Shown: positions 8,265-17,318, numbered from the stretch's first letter. The stretch: DNA of 64,000 nucleotides from Escherichia coli (GCF_050920415.1 NZ_CP169309.1), one strand, 5' to 3'. Translations and numbers: made by a program. Notes: a model not told the origin generated them from the sequence alone.

Positions 8265-8711
8265 ATGAATAAAATGACTGTATTATTACTTAGCGCAACT
8301 ATCATTTCAGGTTGTACTTCTTCCGTACCATTGATAAAGAAAACTCAATCAGGAAAACCTGAGGGGGTTTATCAAAATACGACAAAAGATAAAGTCAAAG
8401 ATGCCCTTGTGAATTACTGCAATAGTAGAGGGTTGATAATTTACAACGCGGATAACAGCAGTGTTATATGTGGTAAAGAACTGGAAGGCGGGTCTGCTGT
8501 TTTTGGACAAATGTTAATCGGCAATGCCTATTCAACAACCCCGGTATCAAAAGTCAGATTTACTATCGCTCAAGTTAATAACGATACAAAAGTGTGGGCC
8601 GATATGTGGATGGAAACTCAAATGGCAATGGGGCAAGTACAACAAATGGCTATAACAGACAACGCAAGCAAAAACACTATCCAACAACGTCTTGATGAAT
8701 TAAAACCTTAA
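8265..8711 (+). CDS. Lipoprotein of unknown function (moron antisense to late transcription)
   Basis: 148 aa; signal peptide MNKMTVLLLSATIISGC with lipobox Cys; AT-rich codon usage unlike neighbours. Confidence 0.7.
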   Translation: MNKMTVLLLSATIISGCTSSVPLIKKTQSGKPEGVYQNTTKDKVKDALVNYCNSRGLIIYNADNSSVICGKELEGGSAVFGQMLIGNAYSTTPVSKVRFTIAQVNNDTKVWADMWMETQMAMGQVQQMAITDNASKNTIQQRLDELKP

Positions 8712-8731
8712 GTAAATTAATTAAATAAAAT

Positions 8732-8754
8732 GGGGAGAAATAAATCGACTCCCC
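8732..8754. terminator. Hairpin terminator between Q and lipoprotein gene (candidate tR'-like for minus strand)
   Basis: GGGGAG-11 nt-CTCCCC; on the minus strand it is followed by ATTTTATTT. Confidence 0.5.
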
Positions 8755-8796
8755 ACACATTAAACTGATTCAATTACCCCCTCAATAAGAGATCTT

Positions 8797-9162
8797 CTAA
8801 CGATCCATCTCTAGCTCAATTTCTAACATCATTAACATGCCATCAACTACACCTTCAGCCTTTTGCAATAAACGCCCAACCCAGCAATCAGAACGCCCAT
8901 GTTTACGGGCAAGCGCCATAAACGTCATACCACCTACATAATAATCCACTAATAAATCGTGCAAATCGCTGTTGTTCTTTTTCAGGCGAGCCATGCACCC
9001 ACAAATGATCATCGCGTCATCGTCACAACATTGCGGGCGGGATTTTACTTTTGAAGGGATTAGTCCTTTAAATCCTGCAGCAATAGACGACCAGGTGACA
9101 TCCTCGTGATTATTTGCCACCCATGCCCCCCAACGTTCAAGAACCATTTGAATATCACGCAT
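8797..9162 (-). CDS. Late antitermination protein Q (QuuD-like)
   Basis: [14 protein letters not shown]...[35 protein letters not shown]...ELEMDR; recognised as DLP12 QuuD-type Q with Cys cluster. Confidence 0.85.
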   Translation of the reverse strand: MRDIQMVLERWGAWVANNHEDVTWSSIAAGFKGLIPSKVKSRPQCCDDDAMIICGCMARLKKNNSDLHDLLVDYYVGGMTFMALARKHGRSDCWVGRLLQKAEGVVDGMLMMLEIELEMDR

Positions 9163-9179
9163 CAACTTTCTCCACAAAA

Positions 9180-10169
9180 TCAGGCCAGAACGCCAATTGC
9201 CAGCGCACGATCGATAAAACGAAATATCAGCTCCAGCTGGGAGCCATACTTCTCTTCAAATGCCACGGTATCCGCATGCAGCTCGTCGTGATGCTTTCTG
9301 CACAAAGGCAACACAAAAAGGTCATGCGCTTTTGTTCCCATTCCACCCTGACCGTGACCTATCAGGTGGTGGGGATCATCAGCAGGCTTTCCACAACATG
9401 CACACGGCTGTGTCTTAACCCAGCGCGTGTACTTTTCATTAACCCAGCGGCGACGTTTGGGGCGTAACATAAAAGACTCCGGCGACTCCGGATCCACTTT
9501 CAGCGCCAGCACCTTTTTCGCTTTATCCTGGATGATGCTGGTGGCAGGAACCGAAGGCACAAGGTCACACTCCCGGGTGACAGACGGCACAACAGGCGTC
9601 GGTAATCTCAGTGCCTTACGGGCTGCACTTTCCGGTAAGGCATCCGCCAGGTCATTACGAGCCAGCCACCAGCACAGTTCCGGCATTGTCACAACGTGAC
9701 TATCATCAAAACCGAGATCCCGACGCACGACAGATAACACCCACCGGGCACAGTTATCCGTTGCCATTGATTCCAGCCGTTCCGTGAACTGATCGCGCAG
9801 CTGGTTATCGCAGTGCCAGCACAGACGGATTGCGCCCGGAGCGTGTCGCATTGTGGTCATATTCTCGCTGTGCCAGTCGGAATGAGGCCACTGGCAGCCT
9901 TTTTCACGAAGTAACCAGCTTTCAAGACATTCCACGCCACCAGCACGACGGATTACCGCCTCATTGCGGAACATAGCCCGAACGGCAGGATCATCCGCCA
10001 GCGGTTGTGATGCCGCCGGAACGGCACCACTGGCAAAAGATGAATAACGTTCCGGCTCAGGCTCCAGCAGGACACGCCCCTGCATAAACAGGGGCATCAG
10101 CTCTGAACCGGGTCTGAACAATACGATCCCCATACGTGGGGCAATTTCAGGGGTCAGTAGTGCTCTCAA
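9180..10169 (-). CDS. DUF968 family protein (YdfU-like)
   Basis: 329 aa; C-terminal Cys/His-rich region [43 protein letters not shown] typical of lambdoid nin-region YdfU-like proteins. Confidence 0.75.
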   Translation of the reverse strand: MRALLTPEIAPRMGIVLFRPGSELMPLFMQGRVLLEPEPERYSSFASGAVPAASQPLADDPAVRAMFRNEAVIRRAGGVECLESWLLREKGCQWPHSDWHSENMTTMRHAPGAIRLCWHCDNQLRDQFTERLESMATDNCARWVLSVVRRDLGFDDSHVVTMPELCWWLARNDLADALPESAARKALRLPTPVVPSVTRECDLVPSVPATSIIQDKAKKVLALKVDPESPESFMLRPKRRRWVNEKYTRWVKTQPCACCGKPADDPHHLIGHGQGGMGTKAHDLFVLPLCRKHHDELHADTVAFEEKYGSQLELIFRFIDRALAIGVLA

Positions 10170-10178
10170 CGTAGAACC

Positions 10179-10694
10179 TCACAGCACAATCTGTTTCAGT
10201 TTCTGTACCGCTTTCCCCATATCCGCCATAGCATCAACAAACTCATCAAATTTACGACTTGCCATTCCATACGCCTGGAGGATTTCCAGTTTCAGAGGAT
10301 CCAGTTGCTTTTTAATTTCCGCACGATCATTAAATTTCTTCTCTGCTTCTTCCGCAGCCCTGATCAGCTCCTCAGCATGCCTGCGTAATTCATCCGGAGT
10401 AACGGTCTTTTTAATCACAACGGGTTCCTCTGTTTTTACTGGTATTTCACTATTTACTGCCTGATGTCCAAATTTAGGATGATGTAACGTTGTAGTTCTT
10501 CCATCATTCGCAACGACCAGAAGTCCACTGTCGCGGATAATGCCAATGAGTATCTCCTTATCCCTTTTATTCAGCAGACTGTACGCCTGCACTTTCTGTG
10601 ATATCTGGGTCAGTGTTGCGCCTTCCGGCATTCGTTCAACAAAACGTTTAACCCTGGATAAAACTGGCTGCAGATGGGGTGGTGTAATTCGCAT
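10179..10694 (-). CDS. Hypothetical protein
   Basis: 171-aa ORF, well spaced in operon, no recognisable motif. Confidence 0.6.
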   Translation of the reverse strand: MRITPPHLQPVLSRVKRFVERMPEGATLTQISQKVQAYSLLNKRDKEILIGIIRDSGLLVVANDGRTTTLHHPKFGHQAVNSEIPVKTEEPVVIKKTVTPDELRRHAEELIRAAEEAEKKFNDRAEIKKQLDPLKLEILQAYGMASRKFDEFVDAMADMGKAVQKLKQIVL

Positions 10695-10709
10695 GCTCCA
10701 CGCCTCCCA

Positions 10710-11525
10710 TCAGTGAACGGTATCGAGCAGCTTTAACAGCTCAGGGAATCGGGATTCGAAGAAATGCGGCTGCGTCTCGCGCGGATTTGCAGGACTGGTG
10801 ATGTTCTTGCCGAACATGCAGCCTTTCGCCGTCAGCGACCAGAATTTTTTGATGTTGTTAATCGCGGTACGGCTGTATCGTTCGCGTTGTTCAACGATCC
10901 CCAGCTTCGCCATCTGGTGATATGCCTGATTAGCCGTCAGGCGGATACCATACTGCTTCAGCAGTGCACTCAGCGACAGCGTAGGGCGGCTTGAACCATC
11001 TGGCGCATCAGCAGGTGCATCAATGGCATAGATCGGCATAAGTTCAGGAAGACCTGCTACCTTTGATAATTTCTGGTATGCACCAAGTTTCGAGGAGTTT
11101 GACAGATTTAGAGTCTTTGCTGCTGATTCAAGCAGAATGACCCCGGATTTAATTTTGTCGGATGTGGTTTCTTCTGGTGATGAATTATGAAGCGCATCAA
11201 AAGTACGTATCACTTTTAAGCTGAATGCCGGGCTGATCCACATTGCATATGCATAGACCAGCTCTTTACAGACATACGTCCCACCATTGCGCCCCTGAAT
11301 GGTGATGACAGGAATACTACGGGAATCTCCCGTAGTTTCTTCTTCCAGTAATTCCACAAGAGCCTTCGTTTCAGGACGACGCATAAACTCGTGAACTTCC
11401 AGCGAACGGGAGGAGCGATTCTCACCAGCGGCAAGAAGAGCAGCTTTCTGAAGGTCGTTAAGACAGTAGTTAGATTCAAAGTACTGGCGCACAGAAACGC
11501 CATCAATTACAAGCAACTGATTCAT
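10710..11525 (-). CDS. KilA-N domain protein
   Basis: From MNQLLVIDGVSVRQYFESNYCLNDLQKAA...: KilA-N-like N-terminal pattern; AAGAGG-type RBS context. The longer ORF-track start at 11621 is rejected. Confidence 0.75.
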   Translation of the reverse strand: MNQLLVIDGVSVRQYFESNYCLNDLQKAALLAAGENRSSRSLEVHEFMRRPETKALVELLEEETTGDSRSIPVITIQGRNGGTYVCKELVYAYAMWISPAFSLKVIRTFDALHNSSPEETTSDKIKSGVILLESAAKTLNLSNSSKLGAYQKLSKVAGLPELMPIYAIDAPADAPDGSSRPTLSLSALLKQYGIRLTANQAYHQMAKLGIVEQRERYSRTAINNIKKFWSLTAKGCMFGKNITSPANPRETQPHFFESRFPELLKLLDTVH

Positions 11526-11676
11526 TGGTTTCTCCACAAATTTCGGGACTGCACTCCCTTTTCGTTGATGCAAGATGAACTTACTGCGATTTTTAATAGT
11601 TATCAAGGATACACTGTTCATAAATACAGTACCTTTAACGAGGTAATACCCAAATTTAGGGTGTTGCTCAATTCCG

Positions 11677-12072
11677 TTACCGAGTTGCTAATTTGCAACT
11701 CGCTTTTTCGTACTTACTGATAGTGATCTCGACCTTACCTTCCGGGATAACCGGTCCCCACTCCACCAGCATTCTTTTCACCTGACTGTCGTCTTCCCAC
11801 ACCCCCGCGTGGGTCAGGGCGTCAAACAGCGCCTTGTTATAGTTGTCCAGATCGCGGATCCGGTTATCCGGAGGAAACAACACGATCTCCACTGAAGCAG
11901 GTGCCGACGTTGGTTTCGGCAGACGACGTAACTGCTCAACTATTGCTGCGCACGCCGCGCTCTGGAATTTTCGCCCCGCCGCGCTTATCAGGCTCTTACC
12001 AGCAAACGCCCCTTTGTTGGGGTGTCGCCAGTACGTGTTCACGCTGGGCGGGAAAGGCAGTATTAGCTTCAT
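11677..12072 (-). CDS. rusA: Holliday junction resolvase RusA
   Basis: 131 aa with RusA signature DxDN (RIRDLDNYNKALFDALTHAGVWEDDSQV). Confidence 0.9.
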   Translation of the reverse strand: MKLILPFPPSVNTYWRHPNKGAFAGKSLISAAGRKFQSAACAAIVEQLRRLPKPTSAPASVEIVLFPPDNRIRDLDNYNKALFDALTHAGVWEDDSQVKRMLVEWGPVIPEGKVEITISKYEKASCKLATR

Positions 12073-12395
12073 ACTTTCAGGCCCCTCTCATGTAACCAGT
12101 GGGTTGCACGCAGCCTGGCGTTTTCCTCACCGGCAAGCAGTGAGCGGATAATCCCGACCGCCTCGCTGTCGTCGTCCTTCATCGCAGTATGAAGCGTTAT
12201 CCCCCGGGCCACGCCACGCTTTATCGTGATGACGCCTTTTTTCTCCAGTGCGCGAAGATGCTCCACCGCTGCATTCACTGAACGGTATCCCAGCATGGTT
12301 GCCACCTCCTGATTGGTTGGCGGGAAGCCACGTTCTTTCTGATAAGAAATCAGCATATCCAGCACCTGCTGCTGGCATTGAGTTAACGTCGTCAT
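12069..12395 (-). CDS. LexA N-terminal-like winged-helix DNA-binding protein (no peptidase domain)
   Basis: MTTLTQCQQQVLDMLISYQKERGFPPTNQEVATMLGYRSVNAAVEHLRALEKKGVITIKRGVARGITL parallels the LexA N-terminal domain; ATG overlaps the upstream gene stop (ATGA). Confidence 0.75.
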   Translation of the reverse strand: MTTLTQCQQQVLDMLISYQKERGFPPTNQEVATMLGYRSVNAAVEHLRALEKKGVITIKRGVARGITLHTAMKDDDSEAVGIIRSLLAGEENARLRATHWLHERGLKV

Positions 12396-13044
12396 GCCGC
12401 CATCTCCCTGACCAGTTTTTCCGCCTGCTGGCGAACCTGCGCCAGAAACGCCTCACCACATGCCTCAAGTTCATCGCGCCCGATGTAGCTGATTGCCGGT
12501 CCCTTCCAGGTCTGTCGAAAACAGCAATAGCACCAGCGAAGAAAGCGCCTGTCGGCACCTGCTTCTCATCTTTCGGGATAAACCAGGCAGGCAGTTCAAA
12601 ACCAATACGCCCGCGAATAAAAGCAATATGATCTGCATCTTCCGGCCACCACACTTCGCTGGTGGCAGCTTTGATCAGGAAAACATAGCGCCCGCCTTTA
12701 TCACGCATGGCACTGGCATGTTTCATGATGTAACGCATGCCGGTGATGTATTGCCCCTCATGCTGACTGGCGCGGCTGTATGGGGGATTACCAAAGGCAG
12801 CACCTTTAAGCTCCGCAAGACGTTCTGACCAGTCATGCGCCAGCGCGTTGTCTTCCGCCGTGTAATACGCGGTACATTTGGCGTTATCACCGTCAGTAAA
12901 CAGATCCAGGACAAACGGGCCAAACAGGGTGTTAATTCCCCAGAAAATGTTACCCGGCGTGCGCCACTGATCGCCCACTTCCTTCAGTTCATGGGCTGGT
13001 TTGTTCCGCAGTTCCACCAGCGCCCGGCAATATTTATTACTCAT
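12392..13044 (-). pseudogene. Phage Dam-family N6-adenine DNA methyltransferase with a 1-nt frameshift near 12505-12522
   Basis: N-terminal frame: MSNKYCRALVEL...GAAFGNPPYS...FFAGAIAVFD. C-terminal frame: QTWKGPAISYIGRDELEACGEAFLAQVRQQAEKLVREMAA, ending in TGA overlapping the next ATG. One extra A in the A4 run (about 12518-12521) would join them. The 316-aa ORF-track read-through has an Arg-rich junk tail. Confidence 0.7.
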
Positions 13045-13532
13045 TAAGCCCCCACGTAATTCCCTGACAGATACCACTCTTCACCCGATGCAGCGCGCTT
13101 GCTACTTTTCCGTAAGCACCGCTCACGACGCGCCAGAAAATTGTTTCGTTCTGGCAGGGAGTGGCTTTCACGGAATGCCGCCATCCACACGGTTGCAGCA
13201 CGACGAAATAAGCCCCTGGACTCCAGTTCTTCCGCCTGGCGGGTCAGGCACAAAATCACCCGTGGATCGTTAGTGCCGACATAGAAATTGCGCACAGGTC
13301 TGGTTTCACGAACTGGTTGTGGTTCCGGCTCCTGCGCTCTCTCAGTCAGGCGTGGGAAATGTCTGCGTGTATCTCCTTCACAACGGTGAGCCACACGCCC
13401 ACTCTGACGTAACTTGCTTGCTGACTGCAGAACGCGCTGTCGTGAGTAACCAGCAAAAGCATCCGCAATGTCTCCGGAAGTACACCCCGGATGGGCTTCA
13501 ATGAATTTCTGAACTTCATTCAAAAGACTCAT
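13044..13532 (-). CDS. Hypothetical protein with N-terminal HTH-like region
   Basis: 162-aa ORF; stop overlaps the methyltransferase start (TAATG); no family recognised. Confidence 0.6.
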   Translation of the reverse strand: MSLLNEVQKFIEAHPGCTSGDIADAFAGYSRQRVLQSASKLRQSGRVAHRCEGDTRRHFPRLTERAQEPEPQPVRETRPVRNFYVGTNDPRVILCLTRQAEELESRGLFRRAATVWMAAFRESHSLPERNNFLARRERCLRKSSKRAASGEEWYLSGNYVGA

Positions 13533-14353
13533 AATCCCCCCCTGAATCCTGCCGGGATCTGGCTGTAGTCCACGTTGTCGTAACTGGCTTTGAAGTACGG
13601 GTCCTCGCGTCTGGCTGCAGATACCGCAGGAACTTCCCAGGATTCTTCGAAATGACGATCCGGACCAAAGAACGTGACAGCCTGTTTCACAAATTGTGTG
13701 CCGCTGTTACCCATCGCAGATACCCAGCCCGCGTAGCGTTTCACACCTTCCAGCATGGTTTCGGGGTTTACTCCCTCATTCAAACGGGCTTTCCAGGCTT
13801 TGAAGGCTGCAGATTTTGAATTGCCACCAGCACGTTTGGGATATGCCAGCCATGCCTGCTCAAACTCCGGAGAGTATTCCGGTCGGTTTGAACGAACTCG
13901 CACGGACTCATCAACTGATGCACCAACAGCTATTGGTTCATTGACTGGTTCTTTGACTGGTTCAAAAGAGTGACTGGTTCTGGGTGAATCTCCTGCACTA
14001 CCCCCTGGTGCAACTCCTGCACTACCTGGTGAATTTGCTGCACCAGATAGTGAATTATTTGCACTACCCCCTAGTGAATCTCCTGCACCATCCAGATGAA
14101 GGAGATAGATATTACTTGAGTTACCTTTTTCACCTTTCCGGGTGACTTTTTTTACCAGCCCGGACTCACAAAGGGCCGCAATATGATTCATCACAGAACG
14201 TTTGCTAATCTCGCACTGGTCAGCAATATGCTGGTAGCTGGGCCAGCACTCACCCTGATCGCTGGCATTATCAGCCAGCTTGATCAGAACCAGTTTTCGC
14301 AATGGATTACCCACTCGAATTTTCATCGCTTTAACCATCAGCTCCATACTCAT
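13529..14353 (-). CDS. Replication initiation protein (HTH N-terminal domain, internal repeats, C-terminal helicase-loader-interaction-like tail)
   Basis: 274 aa; N-terminal HTH (WPSYQHIADQCEISKRSVMNHIAALCESGLVKK), central Gly/Ser/Ala/Pro repeats encoded by iterons, C-terminus ...SQIPAGFRGGL resembling the DnaT C-terminus in this window (SQIPPGFRG). Confidence 0.7.
   Translation of the reverse strand: MSMELMVKAMKIRVGNPLRKLVLIKLADNASDQGECWPSYQHIADQCEISKRSVMNHIAALCESGLVKKVTRKGEKGNSSNIYLLHLDGAGDSLGGSANNSLSGAANSPGSAGVAPGGSAGDSPRTSHSFEPVKEPVNEPIAVGASVDESVRVRSNRPEYSPEFEQAWLAYPKRAGGNSKSAAFKAWKARLNEGVNPETMLEGVKRYAGWVSAMGNSGTQFVKQAVTFFGPDRHFEESWEVPAVSAARREDPYFKASYDNVDYSQIPAGFRGGL
13940..14100. repeat. 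Iteron-like direct repeats (candidate origin of replication) inside the replication initiator gene
   Basis: GACTGGTTC three times, then about five imperfect 18-20 bp repeats of the TCCTGCACTACC(C)CCTGGTGAA type. Confidence 0.6.
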
Positions 14354-14574
14354 GCTGCACCTCCGAGATGCTTCATGTTTTTTCCGGAGCGAAAGGCTAT
14401 AAGCGGCATACTGACGCGGTAATTACGGCCCAGCGGTTCACAAATCACCTTCTGACATTCACGGTCAACCAGGCTAACACGTAGAACATGCCCTGCAGGC
14501 GTGGTGTACCACTGACCCGGTCGAGGACAACGGAAAGTCTGATTGGTAAACCGTTTGAAAATATTCCGGATCAT
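14350..14574 (-). CDS. Hypothetical small protein
   Basis: 74-aa ORF overlapping its neighbours' ends in operon; no motif recognised. Confidence 0.4.
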   Translation of the reverse strand: MIRNIFKRFTNQTFRCPRPGQWYTTPAGHVLRVSLVDRECQKVICEPLGRNYRVSMPLIAFRSGKNMKHLGGAA

Positions 14575-15722
14575 TTGCGCCCCCTTACCTCGGAAGAGTT
14601 CAGCGACGAATGAATAAGACGGGCAAGAAATGCCGCATCGTTAATTCGGTCATACAGACTTACAGCCAGCGGTGATTCAGCTTTTTCCAGCATGGGATAA
14701 AGCTGCTGCAACCAGACCTGATGAATTGATGAAATGTAGGAATAGAGTACGCTGGCGTTATGTGCAACGTCGCTCGGTACAGCGGGCTTTGAAAGCTGTT
14801 TCTCCATCTGGTTAAAGGCATTGATGTATGCCTCTTTGAACTGGGCAGCACGTTTACCCGTGAAACCCATAGCAAGAAACGCAAAACCGTCGCGGGTTAT
14901 TTGATAGCAAGGTAGTTTGCGGCCTGTGCAATCGGTGTAATCACTCACCGAAAAATTGCGGGCAGTGAATGATGCGGAGCATTCAAGCGTGCGGATCTTT
15001 TTCAGTACATCGTCATGACGTTTGGAGAAGAAGTTGGCAACAGCCAGGGATGAAGTAACAGCCTGACCATCAACGATGGCAATTTCAGGTTGAGTGAGGG
15101 TTGGGATCGTAGCCATGATGGCAGCCTCTTTGGTGATTTTTAATAACTCACCACCAAGGCTTTCCACGACCTTATTGGTGGTGAGACGTACAGGGGTGGA
15201 AATACCGGTCACCAAAGAACCCGGCCCAACCGAAGTTGGCCCTGCACGCCCCACCATAATTTGGGCGTAATGCTGCTCATGACACAAAAAAACCGCAAGA
15301 GCGCGGTTGTGCGCTTTGGTGAATTCCGGGTTTCCACGCCCGGCACCCGCTTTATAAGGTGCCTGAACAGTGTAACGTCCCGGAATGGCAGAATCAATGT
15401 GCTGGTGGTCCTTCACACTCAACAAAATCACGCCTGAATTTCCACAAAGGGCTAAAGCACTCATGCGGGTAGTCTTTGCGAAGATAGATAACGCGCTGTG
15501 TTTCTGGCTCCCAACGAATAACATGAACATAAAGTCCTCTTCCGTCACGAAACCAGCGGTTAAGTTCCTGCACAACTCGCCCCCCACAGTCAGGTAAAGT
15601 TCTCTGTGGTTACTTACAGCCAGGAGATTTGGTAATCTGCATTCATGCCGTAACAACAGGTGTTCAGCGACGCTGACCACCAGCTGTTGCGACAAATGGT
15701 TATTTGCCGTTAAACTGTTCAT
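14571..15722 (-). CDS. Rha-family phage regulatory protein with about 200-aa N-terminal extension of unknown function
   Basis: C-terminal half from MATIPTLTQPEIAIVDGQAVTSSLAVANFFSKRHDDVLKKIRTLEC... is Rha-like; N-terminal half is in the same frame with no stop; ATG at 15722 overlaps the upstream TGA (ATGA); an internal ATG at 15116 has an AAGAGG RBS. Confidence 0.7.
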   Translation of the reverse strand: MNSLTANNHLSQQLVVSVAEHLLLRHECRLPNLLAVSNHRELYLTVGGELCRNLTAGFVTEEDFMFMLFVGSQKHSALSIFAKTTRMSALALCGNSGVILLSVKDHQHIDSAIPGRYTVQAPYKAGAGRGNPEFTKAHNRALAVFLCHEQHYAQIMVGRAGPTSVGPGSLVTGISTPVRLTTNKVVESLGGELLKITKEAAIMATIPTLTQPEIAIVDGQAVTSSLAVANFFSKRHDDVLKKIRTLECSASFTARNFSVSDYTDCTGRKLPCYQITRDGFAFLAMGFTGKRAAQFKEAYINAFNQMEKQLSKPAVPSDVAHNASVLYSYISSIHQVWLQQLYPMLEKAESPLAVSLYDRINDAAFLARLIHSSLNSSEVRGRK

Positions 15723-16282
15723 GCGTTAGTTTCTCCACAGACACAAAACGCCACGACGCCCGGAGCTGCACACTCGCGGGCGTCACTCTTTTCTGGAGCG
15801 CAAAAGATTTTGTAGACCAGTGCTGCATGCTCCTGGAGCTTCGAAATTGACAGATACAACTCATCATTAATTGCTGTCTGCTCGTGTGGCTCCACTACCC
15901 CATCTTCGATTGCCGAACGAATCTGCTTTGAGTAACTCCCGATCTGTTCGATGACTTCCAGCAGGCGCTGGTTTATATCGGCGTTCTCTACTTCCTCAAT
16001 TTCAGGAAGCGATACAAACACCCCACCAGCAGACTGTGCGACAGCATCCGCAATGTAGTGAGTGCCAGCCGCGCGCTGTAAAATCATTGCCCATCCCAGC
16101 GGGAAAATCTGATCGCCATCTGCACGAAGGCGGTTGAATAAAGCGTTCTCTGTTACATCCAGCCACTCAGCAGCTTCAGCGTAACCCCCCGGCAACGCCG
16201 CGATAGTTTTTCTGACAGCTTTCACGTACCACTCAGGCTGTTTTTCTACTTTCCAGTGATGCTTACCCACGGTTAGCCTCAT
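15719..16282 (-). CDS. YdaT-like / CII-position regulatory protein (putative)
   Basis: 187 aa immediately downstream of the Cro-like gene, as ydaT follows ydaS in Rac; family call is by position and loose similarity. Confidence 0.5.
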   Translation of the reverse strand: MRLTVGKHHWKVEKQPEWYVKAVRKTIAALPGGYAEAAEWLDVTENALFNRLRADGDQIFPLGWAMILQRAAGTHYIADAVAQSAGGVFVSLPEIEEVENADINQRLLEVIEQIGSYSKQIRSAIEDGVVEPHEQTAINDELYLSISKLQEHAALVYKIFCAPEKSDARECAAPGVVAFCVCGETNA

Positions 16283-16313
16283 CGTTCTGTGGTTAAAAAT
16301 TAAAGGTGTTCTG

Positions 16314-16514
16314 TTAATCTTTCGGATAGATATCCGGTCTTAAGTCAGATTTCGTAATTGCACCTGACGTGCATTGCTCAAGTTTTTTAGCCAGCACAAA
16401 ACTGGCTTTTTTATAACCATTGAAAACCAGCCGTAAGTAGCCTGGTGTTGAGCCAACTTTTCCGGCCAACTCGCCCTGCTGTTCTTTGGTTAAAGAGTCC
16501 CAATACGCTTTCAT
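16314..16514 (-). CDS. Cro/YdaS-like HTH repressor
   Basis: 66 aa MKAYWDSLTKEQQGELAGKVGSTPGYLRLVFNGYKKASFVLAKKLEQCTSGAITKSDLRPDIYPKD; divergent from cI across the operator region. Confidence 0.75.
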   Translation of the reverse strand: MKAYWDSLTKEQQGELAGKVGSTPGYLRLVFNGYKKASFVLAKKLEQCTSGAITKSDLRPDIYPKD

Positions 16515-16604
16515 ACAATATGTACCTCTTATATACATATTACATGATTGAAATGAACCTTCAAGATACTTGTACCCTATCGGTACAAAGGTTTTAATTT
16601 CGTT
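16515..16604. promoter_or_regulatory. OR region: divergent pR/pRM promoters with at least two operator palindromes
   Basis: ATGTA-N9-TACAT at about 16520-16538 and TTGTA-N9-TACAA at about 16570-16588, between divergent cro and cI starts. Confidence 0.6.
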
Positions 16605-17279
16605 ATGAAAACAGTCCATGACATCCGGCGGTCTAACGCCAGAAAACTGAGAGATGGTGTTGGCGGGAATTCTTCCTTTGCCACCATGATTGATCGCGAA
16701 CCAACCCAGACCAGCAGGTTTATGGGAGATGGTGCTACTAAAAATATCGGTGACAGCATGGCACGGCACATCGAAAAATGTTTCGACCTGCCTGTCGGAT
16801 GGCTTGATCAAGAACACCAGACAACGAACATCACAAAAAAACCTGATGTTTCAATCACTAATAAACAAATAACGTTAGTCCCTGTCATATCATGGGTACA
16901 GGCCGGAGCATGGAAAGAAGTTGGCTATTCTGAGGTTGATTTGAGCACAACAGAAACATATCCCTGCCCTGTACCCTGTGGCGAAATGACTTATATATTG
17001 AGGGTGATTGGTGATTCAATGATTGATGAGTACCGTCCGGGGGACATGATTTTTGTCGATCCAGAAGTACCAGCCTGCCACGGCGATGACGTTATTGCAT
17101 TGATGCACGATACAGGTGAAACCACCTTCAAAAGGTTGATAGAAGACGGGACACAGCGTTATCTCAAAGCATTAAACCCCAACTGGCCTGAGCCTTACAT
17201 TAAGATAAACGGTAATTGCTCTATCATTGGTACAGTTATTTTCTCAGGAAAACCAAGAAGATACAAAATTAAAGCCTGA
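16605..17279 (+). CDS. cI: CI-type prophage repressor (HTH plus S24 peptidase/LexA-like autocleavage domain)
   Basis: 224 aa; C-terminal S24 domain with GDSM motif (YILRVIGDSMIDEYRPGDMIFVD). Confidence 0.9.
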   Translation: MKTVHDIRRSNARKLRDGVGGNSSFATMIDREPTQTSRFMGDGATKNIGDSMARHIEKCFDLPVGWLDQEHQTTNITKKPDVSITNKQITLVPVISWVQAGAWKEVGYSEVDLSTTETYPCPVPCGEMTYILRVIGDSMIDEYRPGDMIFVDPEVPACHGDDVIALMHDTGETTFKRLIEDGTQRYLKALNPNWPEPYIKINGNCSIIGTVIFSGKPRRYKIKA

Positions 17280-17292
17280 TCAATGTCTATGA

Positions 17293-17315
17293 ACCTGCTT
17301 CGGCAGGTTTTTTTA
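17293..17315 (+). terminator. Rho-independent terminator after cI
   Basis: CCTGC-ttcg-GCAGG followed by T7. Confidence 0.7.
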
Positions 17316-17318
17316 TAC

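Noticed and set aside
10710-11621. 303-aa version of the KilA-N gene from the ORF-track start
   Set aside because: The first 32 codons lack RBS support and the KilA-N pattern begins at the internal ATG (MNQLLVIDG); the shorter start at 11525 is preferred.
12127-13077. 316-aa ORF suggesting a long methyltransferase running through the LexA-like gene
   Set aside because: Its C-terminal third is Arg-rich junk in the alternate frame of a clearly real gene; a frameshifted methyltransferase explains the data better.
16314-16817. 167-aa ORF spanning the cro region
   Set aside because: It reads through the operator region and into the cI start on the opposite strand; only the C-terminal 66 codons look like a Cro/YdaS-type protein.
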